A stretch of DNA of 63,048 bases, filler included, from Choristocarpus tenellus KU-1152 (GCA_964200185.2; 10 parts of 10 records of this genome joined end to end with filler, not necessarily neighbours in it); one strand, 5' to 3'. Shown: positions 38,870 through 51,336, numbered from the whole stretch's first letter. Made by a program: numbers and translations. The notes: a model not told the origin generated them from the sequence alone.

Positions 38870-41075
38870 ACGTTTGACAAGGAATGGTTGTTCAATCCTA
38901 TTTGTATCCCAATGAAAACAAGAAAGTGAACAATCGAAATGAGAGATCCAGCATATTTGACGACATTTTCTTTATGGCGCCCTCTGCAAGTCTCATCTAC
39001 ACCCTACAGTCTTGTGGATTGGACCTAAATATGCCATCATAATGAAAAGTTTGCGGAGGATTTTGCAATATACAGGGGATCCTTCGACCCTCATGGTTCT
39101 AGCCTCTACACGTTTGCACTGGAAAGCTTCAGGCGCCTAGGCACAAAATCAGAGCAATTTCTGAATGAGCTGGAAACTCGTGGTAGCGGGTGGTAGGAAG
39201 GCTGGAGATTTCTAGTCGAAAGAGAAGTGGGAAGGCATGTCTGCTACAGATCGTCTCAGTAACTGCTTAAATACAAATCTCCACATGTGTTACAGGTGAT
39301 ATGTCTTGATGTCCTAGATTCTATATATTTGTGCTTGACTATTTGTTATTTAGTCATTACGATGCCCCGTTGAGGTGGTACATCTTGTTCAGTCCTTTTT
39401 TATGTATTGATGACACCCATGAAGTGGATAATCGAAGTGAGAGATCCCACAACCTTTACATTATGGAGCCTTCTATGAGCTTCATGGTCCACATACAGCC
39501 TTGTGGGTTGGAGCTGCACATGCCATCTTGGTAACCTTGCACAGCGTTTTGTACCTTGGAAGTCGCTTGCAGAGCGTGTTGTAACACATGGCGCATGTGT
39601 TACAAACTGGAGATGGCAGGTCGGTGAGCTAGGAGGGACTCGACTGATTCTTGGGATTCTTCTCTTTCTTCTCGACCTACAATCATTGTGTCACTCTCTA
39701 TGAGCTATTGCAGTACACCTCTTAATAGTATGCTTTCTTGTTTATTGTCTTCACAGTTCTTGGTGTATATTATGATGATTGTCCTTTTCTGTTGACGTTT
39801 TTCCGATGCTTTGTTGACTTGTACACCTGGTTTTTTTTCTTATTCAGGCCCCGTTCCTGTTGTGTTGTTTTGTTTTGTTATGTTTCTCTTTTCTCCCACT
39901 CCACAACGTCTACAAAATGTCAGTGGGCATAATACAATAAGTAAAGTGTGAAAAAAAATTAAATGTACAATTAGCGATTTTAGACATTTTATTATTAATG
40001 GCAGCATTTTCGCACTTCACCAAGTCTACAGGTACCTCGGCGTAATTCTTTCCCCTGGCACTTTGTAAGAGACACCACCCCAGCATTGATCTCAATCCTA
40101 TTACTGTTGTCTTGTGGTGCTTCACAGCCCCCCCTTAGGAGTGCAGGTTAGAGCATCTCATATTCTTCAATGCGTGAAGTTTACTAGTATAATATATCTC
40201 ATATTCTTCAATGCGAGAAGTTTACTAGTATCCATGATGTGGATTATCCTTCTGACCCTAGCCACGACATTGACTACTAACACAACGGCACACACACACA
40301 CATGCTAAAAGTAGATTGGAGAACCTCCTGTCTGAAATGCGCTAGGGAGGTGAGTGCTACACAAGAAGAGCACGATTGTTCAGTTGGCTCTTGATGCAGC
40401 TGCTAGTCCCCTCTCCGATTTCCCTGTCCGGCGTTTGTCACCCAACTATGTATGTATATATATCCCCCTTCCCTTCATATATGCCCCTGATCCCTGAAAC
40501 TTCCAGCACTGCTTCAAGAATCTCACGGACTCTCCCTTTTCCTCTTTCTTGATCAACTCATTCACCATACACCACGAAGCCTTTTTATTTATAAATCATA
40601 GAAGGAGATCCTTGCCACCAATCCCTTTGGTGCGTTCCTATCATGCCTTGATCTGGGAGTATGGAAAAATGCAAAAAGAAATGGAAAAAGGAAAAATGTT
40701 CAGTTCGAAAGGATGTGTTTAATAGTGGTCGTTTTTATGGTTTCCAACCGTAGTACTGTTACAGACGACATGTCTTGAGAGCGTTACACAAACGATTTTA
40801 TGACCTTAAAGTCCTACATTTTATATGTTTGTACTTCTTGACTATTTATTTGTTATTTAGTCGTATGAGGGCACGTACTTAGAGCAAGTGGTTATGGAGA
40901 TCTATTTTATCCCCCCCGTGAAACAAATAAAGTGAATAATCGAAGTGAGAAATCCAGCATATTTGATGACATTTACATTATGGAGCCTTCAATGAGCTTC
41001 TTGGTCCACACACAGCCTTCCGGATTGGAGCTACACATGTCATCATGGCAAGCTTGCGGAGCGTTTTGTAACAGT
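38870..41075 (+). repeat. Three diverged direct copies of a ~200-bp coding-like segment (~38870-39070, ~39350-39590, ~40850-41075)
   Basis: Shared AAGTG.A.AATCGAA.TGAGA.ATCC...TTATGG.GCC.TC...GG.TTGGA.CT..A.ATG.CATC. Confidence 0.8.
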
Positions 41076-41079
41076 ACCT

Positions 41080-41256
41080 GGCTCAAAGTATCTGTGAGGG
41101 GGTACCTGCTGTCCACTTGGGGGCAATTTTTTCATGTATCAGTTTTTGTGTGATTTGGTTGCATACGTTGGATGGATAATGCAAGTGCACTATTCCTGGT
41201 CATGCCCCAAATGGACACCCTGGTGTAGACCCCCCCCCCCCCAGATACTTTGGCTC
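41080..41256. mobile_element. Full-length poly-C subfamily Sola2-like MITE (177 bp) with ACCT TSD
   Basis: acct|GGCTCAAAGTATCTG...CAGATACTTTGGCTC|acct. Confidence 0.93.
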
Positions 41257-41289
41257 ACCTGTCCACAACTTGCCAATATGATCATGACT

Positions 41290-42200
41290 CATTTGCCCTC
41301 CTGCACTTGGCAAGTATAGGATTGTGATCCATGCAATTCACGACTGCAAGCTGGTAGGATCCAATAATGATGCCCGCTTCTTCCTACACATTTTTGTTGG
41401 AGCAGTTCAAGGTGTGCTTGCAAATAACTGTAGAGCAAGCTCTCCCACCTCAAGGACAAAATGTTACAGTTGTGTCCACCACTCTACTGCCATTGAACAT
41501 GTTCTCCTCGATGTGCCAATTCATTCTGACCATGGCAATGAAAGAGGAGTAGAGGCTCTGGCTAGAGACAGGGAGGGCGGGCTGTGTGCCTAGGCAACAG
41601 GGAGAGGCGTGGGGCTGTGCAGGGAGAAGACTTTGGGAAATGCGGGCGGACTGTGCCATCTCTACGCCAAGGTATATTTTTTTTAAGTGACAGGGTAACA
41701 GGGGGGCAGATCAGTGCCAAGAGGGGGGGAAGCTGTACCTGTGTAAGTAGGCAACTTAGACGTACCTGTCCGATTTGTAAGTGTTGTTCATGAGTTATGA
41801 CTACTGCCTTGGTATCTTTTTGAACTCCATCAAATGTGACTTGGTCGACTTTGCACTGGTGATCCTCCACAGTCATGGGAGCCCACCATATCAAACTTTG
41901 CACGCTTTCCAATCTATGTCAGAACTAAGCTTCTTCCATAGGGGTTATCATGTGGGTAGTACCCAGGCGAGAATATAGCTTGCAAAAGTCATGTTACATT
42001 TAATTCAGAACGGAGGAAGTACTTTGTACCCATGTTTTTCATATCCAAAACCCATAAATCGGCTACTGCCAACTTCCTATCTATGACCAAGATGGGGTAT
42101 TGCAGGTGCAATGCTTTGCATGGGTAACATTGGAGGACTGTGCCAGTGAGTGAGGAAGAGGAGGGGATAGTGGTCGAGAAGCAGGAAGAGGAAAGGCAAA
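41290..42200 (-). mobile_element. Decayed DNA-transposon coding relic, possibly the Sola N-terminal half
   Basis: Stop-riddled fragments (SLYSSFIAMVRMNW, LQAHLELLQQK, VVNCMD) loosely resemble Sola transposase N-terminal motifs. Confidence 0.25.
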
Positions 42201-42825
42201 GAGAGGTTGTGTGGTCTGTGTCTGGTGAGAGAGAGGTGGGCACCTTAATCAGCTAGCGGATATGGTACTCCAACTGTGCCAGAAGGAAATGTACAGGGGG
42301 AGACTGTGCCAGAGTAGAAGAGGTATTTTATCAAGAATTTAGAGTAGATACACTCTTGGTATACTAGTGTCCGCCTTTTTTCAGGTCTGGTTATCTCCTC
42401 GCGTCTTGGTCTCTTATCTTTCCCTTAGATTTGATCCGTTTTGTAATCAATTTATTGATGATTCCTCAAATTGTATTGAATCAGCCAGAAGAAGCTTTTC
42501 AGAAGTGAAATAATATTGAGAATGATGTGACATCATGAAAGGTGAAAGGGAGTTTCTATTGGGGAAGTATTATCCACAACTTATACTCAAAGGTGTTCCA
42601 ACCCAGTTGCCTCTTGTTTCGTTTTATGTCCACTACTTCTTCAAAAACCATTTCATGTAAGTGAAGGGAAGTGAAGGGAACATTTGAATATTTCTTCCAT
42701 CGCCCCTTGTTCAAAAAACAAGTCATCAATCCAACTCACCATCCAATAAGCAACTACAACTGTGAATCGTGTGATTCTGTGGCGGCGTGGTTCACTCAGG
42801 CAAGTGTGGCGAAGAGAATCACCGG

Positions 42826-42925
42826 NNNNNNNNNNNNNNNNNNNNNNNNNNNNNNNNNNNNNNNNNNNNTTAATTAATTAANNNNNNNNNNNNNNNNNNN
42901 NNNNNNNNNNNNNNNNNNNNNNNNN
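42826..42925. other. Artificial contig spacer
   Basis: N44-TTAATTAATTAA-N44. Confidence 0.98.
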
Positions 42926-43077
42926 TCTATCTACTGTCATCGATGTGATGATGAGTTGGAATGCCCAATAAATAAATGAACACTAACAACCAGTGCAGTG
43001 CACCAATCAAAGGTCAATACGAGCTGGTAGTATTGTGTATCATAACAACAAGAAACAAATGAGTAGCCTATGTTTTA

Positions 43078-43185
43078 ACATCCGAAACGTTTCAGAGTAG
43101 GAAAATGTCATAAAAAACCTGTGGGAAGCAAAGCCCAAAACGGGCAAACAGGGCAAAACTCGTACCCTCTAAGATCTTTTCCCTC
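43078..43185. mobile_element. Right half of a ~260-bp subfamily MITE
   Basis: TCCGAAACGTTTCAGAGTAGGAAAATGTCATAAAAAA...CTCGTACCCTCTAAGATC. Confidence 0.85.
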
Positions 43186-43194
43186 TGTTGTGGA

Positions 43195-43750
43195 TGGATG
43201 ACCACCTTGTTAAAACATAACCTACTCATTTGTTTTTTCCTTAATATGATACAGTTCCACCAGTCAATACTGACTGTTTATTGGTCCGTTATGCACTGGT
43301 TGATACTGTCACTATTTCATCATCACCACATCAATTACCGTCAGAACACCGCAGTACAGAACAGTCGCTCTGCATTCTATGTACAGGAATAGTATGGGTC
43401 ATTTGAGTTTCATCACATATTGATTCAAGCTTGTTCTTTTGTTCTGTTGTTTCCCCTTTCATGTCTTCTCGCTCTTTCTTCTTCTTAGCAGCAGAAGGTG
43501 ACAATTGTACGTTAATTGTTTATTATTTCTTTCTTGGTTGCAATTAACCCCTCATAATGCACCAAGCTCACTCTGCATTAAGTGTACCTGGTGCACCCCT
43601 GGGGATTTTATATATTCAGAGTTATACCATCCACAGAGCATGGACTTATTTCGCTGAGTGTCTCAAGAACACTGAATTCACATCACAAGATTCTTGACTG
43701 AGCGATCAATGACCTTAGTTACAACAGAATAAATACATTGGTGTTTTGCA
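43195..43750 (+). mobile_element. Sola-type element fragment; inverted homologue of ~46910-47370
   Basis: CACCAAGCTCACTCTGCATTAAGTGTACCTGGTGCAC (43560-43596) is nearly the reverse complement of GTGCACTAGGTACACTCAATGCAGAGTGAGCTTGGT (~46956-46991). Similarity extends ~450 bp. Confidence 0.6.
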
Positions 43751-44980
43751 GCACAATCACATCTCTTCACAACACAGACTACGCAATTTACTAATCGGTG
43801 CTTTGCAGCACTATAAATTCTCATCACACGTAGACTAAGCATTTTGCTCAGAAGTACGATGCATTCGATTCAGGTTTTAACAGGCTATGAGCCTCACACG
43901 ATTCCCCTTCTTCTTCTAACCCACGTCATGTCATGTATATTCCAAAGTGCAAGGAGGTGTAATAGTTATTAGTATTGTTTGTACTGCAATAACACAATTA
44001 CAATTTATTGTGTCATTGGTATGCGTGCTGTATGCACAATATCGTTTGCCTCAAGTATGGATAAAGCAACCAAAGTAGCCAAAGAGTCTGCATGAGGTGT
44101 GGACCAGTGCGTCTAAGAGGGTCCCGAGTGCATGCATTGTGACCTCTTTGCATACTACCAGTGTACATGACAATGACCCCTTTCATCATGCCGCACCAAC
44201 TGTAGCTCGGACATGTTCTACAAGCGTGTGTAAGCATCTAGTGTGTGGTGTGGTTCTTGGGTGTCGTTGATCTATAATATCTTTCTGTGCACAATACACA
44301 TGTTTCCCAAGCCTCATTCTTTCTCTTTACAACGAATATCACCTCAAGCAATTGTGTTTTCTTCCTTTCTTTTAGCATTTTTCTCTCTCGTCTCGTTTTG
44401 ACGTTGACAATCTCCATTGATGTCCGCACTGTTTCAATCTGACTTCACATCCTCCCGCTTGGCCCAGCAAATTTCTACCTGCATCCCACGTCCTCACTGA
44501 GGACACCTATGTTACCGCATGTAGAACTGATAAAAGCTGGCAGACTCTTTGGATTGAAGGGGAGAGGGCAGACACACAGGAGGATGTGGAAAGGAGAGAG
44601 ATTACAAGGAAGGGCTGTCAAGCCAAAGGAAGTTACTTAGATAAGGAGTGACCAGGGGGGTGAGTGAGTGAGCACAACACAACAAAAAATACTCTACCTG
44701 TGGTGTGCAAGGAGCTAGTGTTACAGGATTTCCTCATCTATAGCACAGACCTCCTCCAACACGTGTTCCTCCCCCTTACAGCTCCTCTCTGATAAAGTCA
44801 CAAAGAGCTGAGCATAACATCCATTCCGGGACAACATATACGTGCACTTTCCAACATTCTTGTTGGAATACATTCCCTTGTAAGATTTTTTCAGGATCCG
44901 ATATTATTGCTAGTCCATGGGCCCTTCTTGACTAACGCTTCATCAATTGTAGCCTTTGCCCTACTAAGATAAATCAAGGA

Positions 44981-45240
44981 GAGTGAAAGTATCTTAGAGG
45001 GTACGAGTTTTGCCCTCTTTGTCCATTTGGGGCTTGGCTTCCCATGGTCCCTTTTTATGACATTTTCCTACTCGAAAATGTTTCGGAGTAGGTAAAATGT
45101 ATACGTTATGAAAATGTGTGTCTGGAACAAGGATATTGACACTTCCTAGCAAACATGATAGCCAAAATTACATCCAAATCGCAACATTGGATTTTGGACC
45201 CCAAATGGACGCGACTCTACCCTCTAAGATATTTTGATCC
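44981..45240. mobile_element. Full-length Sola2-like MITE (260 bp) with AGGA TSD
   Basis: agga|GAGTGAAAGTATCTTAGAGGGTA...TACCCTCTAAGATATTTTGATCC|agga. Confidence 0.95.
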
Positions 45241-45625
45241 AGGAGTAAAATAATGTGCCACAAACACATGCCCTCTAGTCACAAATCCATGTAGAACACT
45301 GTTACAGTGATGTTGTGCATTCCACTATCCAATTTGAGAGCCAAAGTGAACGAGAGGTACCCAGGGGTGCATTTTTAATAAACATGAAAATCCAGCTTTT
45401 GGTACAAATGCTCACATGGAATTTTCTGATTTTTTTTTTTAGTTTTCAATCACTGGAGAAATTAAATCGATGATCTCAAGTCAAACTTATATTTTAATTC
45501 ATACATGTTGGGGATGTTTACTTTCCTCTTTTTCTTGCGATATTGTACACCCTTGTGGTGTTTGCTACCTTGCATCTATCGCCACTAAGACATTTTTCCT
45601 GTCACAACCATTCCCCAAGATTTCA

Positions 45626-45829
45626 GAGCCAAAGTGTCTTAGAGGGTTTTGGCTATCGTGTTTGTTAGGAAGTGTCAATATCCATGTTCCGGACACACAT
45701 TTTCATAACGTATACATCTACCTACTCCGAAACATTTTGGAGTAGGAAAATGTCATAAAAAACCGTGGGAAGTCAAGCCCCAAACGGACAAACCTGGCAA
45801 AAGTCGTACCCTCTAAGATACATTCACTC
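45626..45829. mobile_element. Internally deleted Sola2-like MITE, opposite orientation to 44981-45240
   Basis: GAGCCAAAGTGTCTTAGAGGGT...TACCCTCTAAGATACATTCACTC. Confidence 0.9.
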
Positions 45830-45899
45830 TGTTGAAACACACTCCTCACCTTGACTACCCTCATGTCCCTTTCCGTTGAGTCATACATAGTTTCAGTAT

Positions 45900-47370
45900 A
45901 AACTCCGAGCCTTTTTGGGCATAGCCTACCCCGTCACTATTTCTGCCTCCCATTCTCGATCTGGCACTGATGCATCATTGAGGATATACTATGTATTATG
46001 GTGGTTATCCATACACCGTTGAATAACGGCCCCTTGGTGCTACCCCTTATACATTTCCTTGAGATGTGTACTCAAACCTCTCCCTGTGAGGTTGGCAGAA
46101 GAGGGTGCCATGTAGGGGGGAAGAAGGGAGGATCATGACTAAGGTAAACATTCAAGGTGTGTCAAGATTATGCTTGACCATTTGTGAGAAAAAGATTCAA
46201 AGAAATATTTTATGTACACACAGACAATGATGCAGGACATTAAGGATATTTAGGCAGGGCATTTGACCAGAAGCAATTGGTGGAATGCTAGAGTCGGAGT
46301 GTTTTTGACGTTTGCTAGAGAACTGTCGATTCATTTGATATTCTGAGTCATTTACTGTAAGGTTTGGTGAGCCCCATCTAGTGATGATGTCTCACTCTCT
46401 TCTCAACTGTGATACAAGCTAATAAGCAATAATATAGCTGGTTGTATGGGATAACAGATTGTCAAGGACAGGTAAACAAGGTGGATTAATCAGCAGGTCC
46501 TGTGAAATATGGTACAATGTACAAGGGCTATCGATTATGGCATGGACTGTTGTGGGTCCATCAGGTCTGGTTTGTGTCAGTGGGACCATTCTGTGTGTCG
46601 AAGATGGAGCTCATCTGGTATATGTAGCATTGTGCATTCTCCCTCCATGGTGTTATTCATAATGACCATGCCGCGGTCAGCAGGAAGGTGCTGAAACCGG
46701 AATGGAAAGAACCGTGCTTTTGTGTACAATGACTAGTGTCTGTGATGAAGGGGTGTCGTGGTGTCGGAAGCACCGGTGAATTTATTCAGTTGAAACTGAA
46801 CTCATGGCTTGATCAGTCAAAAGATGGATAATGTGAAGTCGAGGTTGTTCCTTGATACACTCAAAGGAAGAAATGCATGTTCTAATTAGAGGCTTGTTAC
46901 CTTGACGGAAACGGTTTCTGTGGGTGTTATAACTCTGAATATATGGCATCCAGGTGTGCACTAGGTACACTCAATGCAGAGTGAGCTTGGTATCTTATGA
47001 GGGGGCAATGCCAATCAAGAAAGAAATAATAATCAACAGTCAACATGCAACCAGAGTCTTCTACTGTTAAGAATTAGAAAGGAAACAGAAAAAGACAAAG
47101 AAACAACAAGACAAACTTGAATCAATATCTGAGGTAACTCAAGTGACACATATTATGCATGTGTGTGTGGTGGGTAACGACTGTTCTTATGCTTCCTATG
47201 TGCTGCGGTGTTCTGAAGATAGTTGATGGTGTTTTGATGATGAGCTAATGATGCAAGTGAAAGTGACGACCAGTACAGCGAACCAATCAACAGTCAGTAT
47301 GGACTGGTGGCACCATAACATCTAAAGAAAAAACAAATAAGTACCCTATGTCTTAACAGAAGGGTTCTTT
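45900..47370 (-). mobile_element. Decayed Sola-type transposase relic
   Basis: YLVHTW...RQGNKPLIRTCI...PRLHIIHLLTD, then frameshifted TFLLT/HGHYE (~46660-46695, cf. FLxxGHTHE). Confidence 0.4.
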
Positions 47371-47599
47371 GGCTGCCACGCTTTTCCCATGAGACTTCTG
47401 ATTCCACACCCACCCTGGGTTCAATCAACACATGTTATGTTGGCACGGAAAGTTGCCAAACTTGGACAACCCAACAACCATGCACTTCTTTGACGTTGAA
47501 GGATTCGTCTAGGGGGAGGGCAAGGATGCCTTAGGCAATGGTGATACCAATTTTGAGTCACAATTTGCCCAGTTACCCCTGCGTCCGTGCATCAATACA

Positions 47600-47990
47600 A
47601 GGATCAACATTTTTTTTGTCATTGTTTTCTGAAGGAACCATCTTGGAAGCAGAGAAAGAGAGACATTCCTAGGGATCTAAGTGGAGTCAGCAACAATATT
47701 GAATATTGGAGGGAAGATAGATGATGGCAAAATGTAAAATGATTTTGGTTGTCCCCACTACAGTTGCACTGGTTTCGTAACCGTTGGGAAATGTGTATCG
47801 GGCGCTGACATGGGCAGGGGATTGAAACCACTTAACAACCATACGGGAACACCGCATTTGTAGGCTGATACTGGTGGATAACCCACTGTATATTTTGCAT
47901 TGTGACATGGTGCCACTCCGCCACTTGGTGATCATTAATGAGGAAAATATCATTCTACCTTTAATGAACCCTGAGTTTCACGACAAACTC
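47600..47990 (+). mobile_element. CACTA/EnSpm-like transposase relic
   Basis: LQLHWF (cf. LxxDWF) followed by NPLYILHCDMVPLRHLVIINEENIILP (cf. PxYxxIxNLPxxxRxxxENIIL). Confidence 0.35.
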
Positions 47991-48729
47991 TTAAAGAGTT
48001 CATTCCGACTACCTTGTCACCACGCTCATAGCAACTCTAAAAAACCGTCACCTTTTTGGTTCCATCCTCTTGCTCTAAACCTGTGTCATCATCATCGGGT
48101 GTTCGGGGGTAAACTGTAGCTGGCATCGAGCGTCTGAGCATAAACGAGCTTCTCTTCCTTAACATGGATCATAATACCTACGTACGTGGTCCTGACATGT
48201 TGGGCGAGGCAGGAAAATGATTTGAAACTAGAAGGAACACGCCTAAGGATAGGAATAGCAACCTTGCCCATATGGAAACTCGAAAGAGGGAAGCGAGATC
48301 TCATCGAGATAAAAGAGCTCATGCTTCAAGTGAGAAACTAACATAATTCCTAATTGACAGGCTCCTGTAAGAGGCGGATGTCGTCAGTGTGCTACGACAG
48401 AATTGGTATGGTGTTGGACTTCAAGGATTTGAGGCTTTGATGTTGATGCACTGACTGTTATCTTAGCGATTTCTCCTGGGAGTTGAGGGCGCAAATTATG
48501 TGATCTGAACCTTGGTTTCCAGAGTGTCCATTTCATCCCCCTCAACTTTAAGTTCGACCTCTCCATCAATACCTCTGAACAAGGTGTTACGAAGTGATGA
48601 CTTAGATTTCACCTGGGAGTTCTTTTTTATTCTGAGGCGTGCTCGGTTGTCTACAACTTCATATCAAATTATATGTTGTGGCTGAAACCTCTCACACATT
48701 CATTGCCTGTCAGGTAATCAATATCACCT

Positions 48730-49650
48730 GCAGGGTTATGGCTAGGAAGATAAAGAACAGAGGAAAGGGTGAAGGTCTCAAGGACGGTGGATACACTCAG
48801 GCCGATGTCGGTAACAGGCTTGTCCATGACATGCCTCCAGAAGCTTACCAACTTGAGCAAGTGGAAAAACGCAAGGCCAAGGCAAAGGGAGGGCGAAGCA
48901 AGGGTTTCACTAACCTGGATGAATCTGCACATCGCCTAGCACGTATTGCGTGTTCGCCGGAGGAATTCTTCCAGTCCAGTGGAAGTATTGCAAAGGTTAT
49001 TCTTGACTCCGTCCAGCCAAAGACCCTCAACTCCAGTTTTCGAAGTGTTCAAATGATCAGCACAACATTTCGGTAGACTTTAACGGTTCCTTAGAGTAAC
49101 TTGAGTGGAAAATTGACACCAAAGCTTGGTTTGAAACTCTAGAGTATGCATGGGTCCGATGACTTAACGCGCTAGTAGCGTCAAATCCATTGACGGTCAC
49201 CTCAGTAGAACAGAGTACTTTAGCACTTTTTACTTTTGCAATCTTGAGTGGAAGGGGGCATGGCGAATCAATTACTGTTGTGTGTAAGCATCGCTTTAAG
49301 ATCTATCGGCCACAGTATAGCAAACCTGGCGCTTGTATGTCGCCATTGCTCCAACTGTAACTCGCGGTGACCCGAGCTGGAGATTGAATGTTTCCCATGG
49401 ATAGTTTGCGTTTTGGTTAAGTTCAGTCACTATTTGGAAGGTCAAACGTCGATAACCGAGCTAACAATGTGATTTGTGTCATATATTGTTATCTTCAGAG
49501 TTAATGTGGCTTGAATGCGCGCACGAGGGTAAGGATGTAGACTACGCAGTTGTGTACTTGACAGAACACGGTGCTGGAACAGCTGCATTGAATCATCACC
49601 CTTGCGAATGCATCACCCAGGTCCTAGTTCGTATGCTATGGTCTGTCTGA
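48730..49650 (+). mobile_element. Decayed coding relic, possibly a Helitron N-terminal region
   Basis: Basic ORF 48639-49076, then stop-interrupted YLEGQTSITELTM*FVSYIVIFRV resembling Helitron-associated LxxLTxxEExLIA segments. Confidence 0.2.
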
Positions 49651-49699
49651 CAGAAGTGTATCTATTTTAGCACGTTTAGGTCATTTACTGCTGCCAAAT

Positions 49700-50650
49700 G
49701 CATTCTATAGTTGGTTCTCAGTGTTCACCCAATCCAGGGTGTTCTGCTAACGTTGAGTGTGCTTCTGTAACTGTCAGGAGCTGATGGACTTGTTGAGGAA
49801 TCTGTATGGCTTTGCAAAGGTCAGCGAGAGAGGAAGGAAAGAGCTGTTTGGACCACTCAAGGAATTGTCTGTTAATGGTGAGATACACTATTTTGGATGG
49901 CTGCATTGAGCTTTCTTGAATATCCAGTTCTGTGTATTAGCAAAGTTGGTCCTTGCATTGAAGTAGTATCTGTTGCCCCCCTTACACTATTTGGTAGTGA
50001 TCAATGGTGATGCTGTTTGTGGCAAGCTTCTACACTACAAGGGTCCAACAGAGCACTCAGTCGCTCAATGTAGACTCAGCATACATCCACTGTCATTGTG
50101 ATTACAAGGACATTTATCATCGCTATGTTTCAACTGCTATTTGTGCAACTGTCTAGATGCCTGCCACGAATAACACATGAGTGAATCTACAGTATGAATA
50201 ATATCAATTTGTCTTTCCCCAAGATACAATAGAAGACAAATCGAGGTATATATCTGTTGCATTATACCTTATCCTGCATGACGGAAATTTGTGTCACATA
50301 TTTTGATGTTGAAGTCAAACTTGTCTTGCTTGATAGATGATAGATAGTCTGCATGAGGAATTGTTCATGCATCGATGGTGGACGGTTTTTGAAGTGCTGT
50401 CGCTCACTAGGTATAAATGTCTTACTTCTTGGCAAGTAGACATGCATCTGCCTTGTGTTGAAATTTAGCCACTTAGAATGGTTCAAGGTTTGTCACGTGC
50501 CAACTTGAAAGTGGACCATAGTTGTGCAATAGAGGACTTCACCCATACCCATCATTCAAAAATAGAACAATACTATCAACAGTTGTGCTCAACACACCGT
50601 TGATATCACCTGCAGTGTTTTCTTGAATAATTTTGCTTATCTAAATATTA
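49700..50650 (-). mobile_element. Decayed Sola-type transposase catalytic region
   Basis: KIIQENTAGDIN (~50600-50635, cf. QxDNxxGDNKN) followed ~100 nt later by VHFQVG (cf. FLxVGHT). Confidence 0.4.
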
Positions 50651-50763
50651 CCATTTTGATTGCCTCAAAGACTCTGGGATTGATGAGTGATGGAGAGTCC
50701 TAGTCTTTCTGTTTCAACTTGCTTCTACTTATATAAAGTGCTATGTTGTAGTTGGTGCAAGTG

Positions 50764-51228
50764 GATTGTATTCTGTCAACCATTGAGATTGTATTCTGTC
50801 AACCATTGGGATTGTATTCTGTCAACCATTGAGATTGTATTCTGTCAAACATTGAGATTGTATTGTATTCTGTCAACCATTGACACACCACTGGTCCATT
50901 CGCGCAGAGAGTTTGGCGGCTATTCTGGTCCGATGGAACAGTGATATCTCAATGGTTGATAAAATCAGAGGCTTGGGAGCTAACCCAGCGTAATCTGTGG
51001 GCATCACCCCCCTAATTGCGCGCTCTCCCTAAGAGGTCATCTCTATCTTTAGGTTTTCCCTTTCTTCCATCTCAAGAGCAAACTCTATCTATCCCCCCCC
51101 CCCGCTGTAGGGAGTTGGGAAAGCGGTCCAGCCAGGATTTGATCCCCTAGCCTCTGATTTTGTCAAACATTGAGATACCCCTTTTCCACTGGGCAGAATA
51201 TTCGCTGACTTAGGGTATCTCAATGTTT
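50764..51228. repeat. 23-bp tandem repeat followed by three abutting foldback (inverted-repeat) mini-elements
   Basis: (GATTGTATTCTGTCAACCATTGA)x~5 at 50764-50883; foldbacks at 50873-50959, 50964-51159 and 51163-51228. Confidence 0.85.
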
Positions 51229-51336
51229 AAAATATGGTATGTGATACGGCAAATATTTCCTACAAGTGATTCAACCATGATATAAAATTCATGTTCTACA
51301 CATGCAAACCAGCAAGAGCATCCCTCATGGAATTGA

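Noticed and set aside
48000-48600. Possible copia or LINE fragment
   Set aside because: No RT, integrase or RNase H motif recognisable in any frame.
50764-50883. 23-bp repeats as a possible CRISPR array
   Set aside because: Head-to-tail with no spacers.
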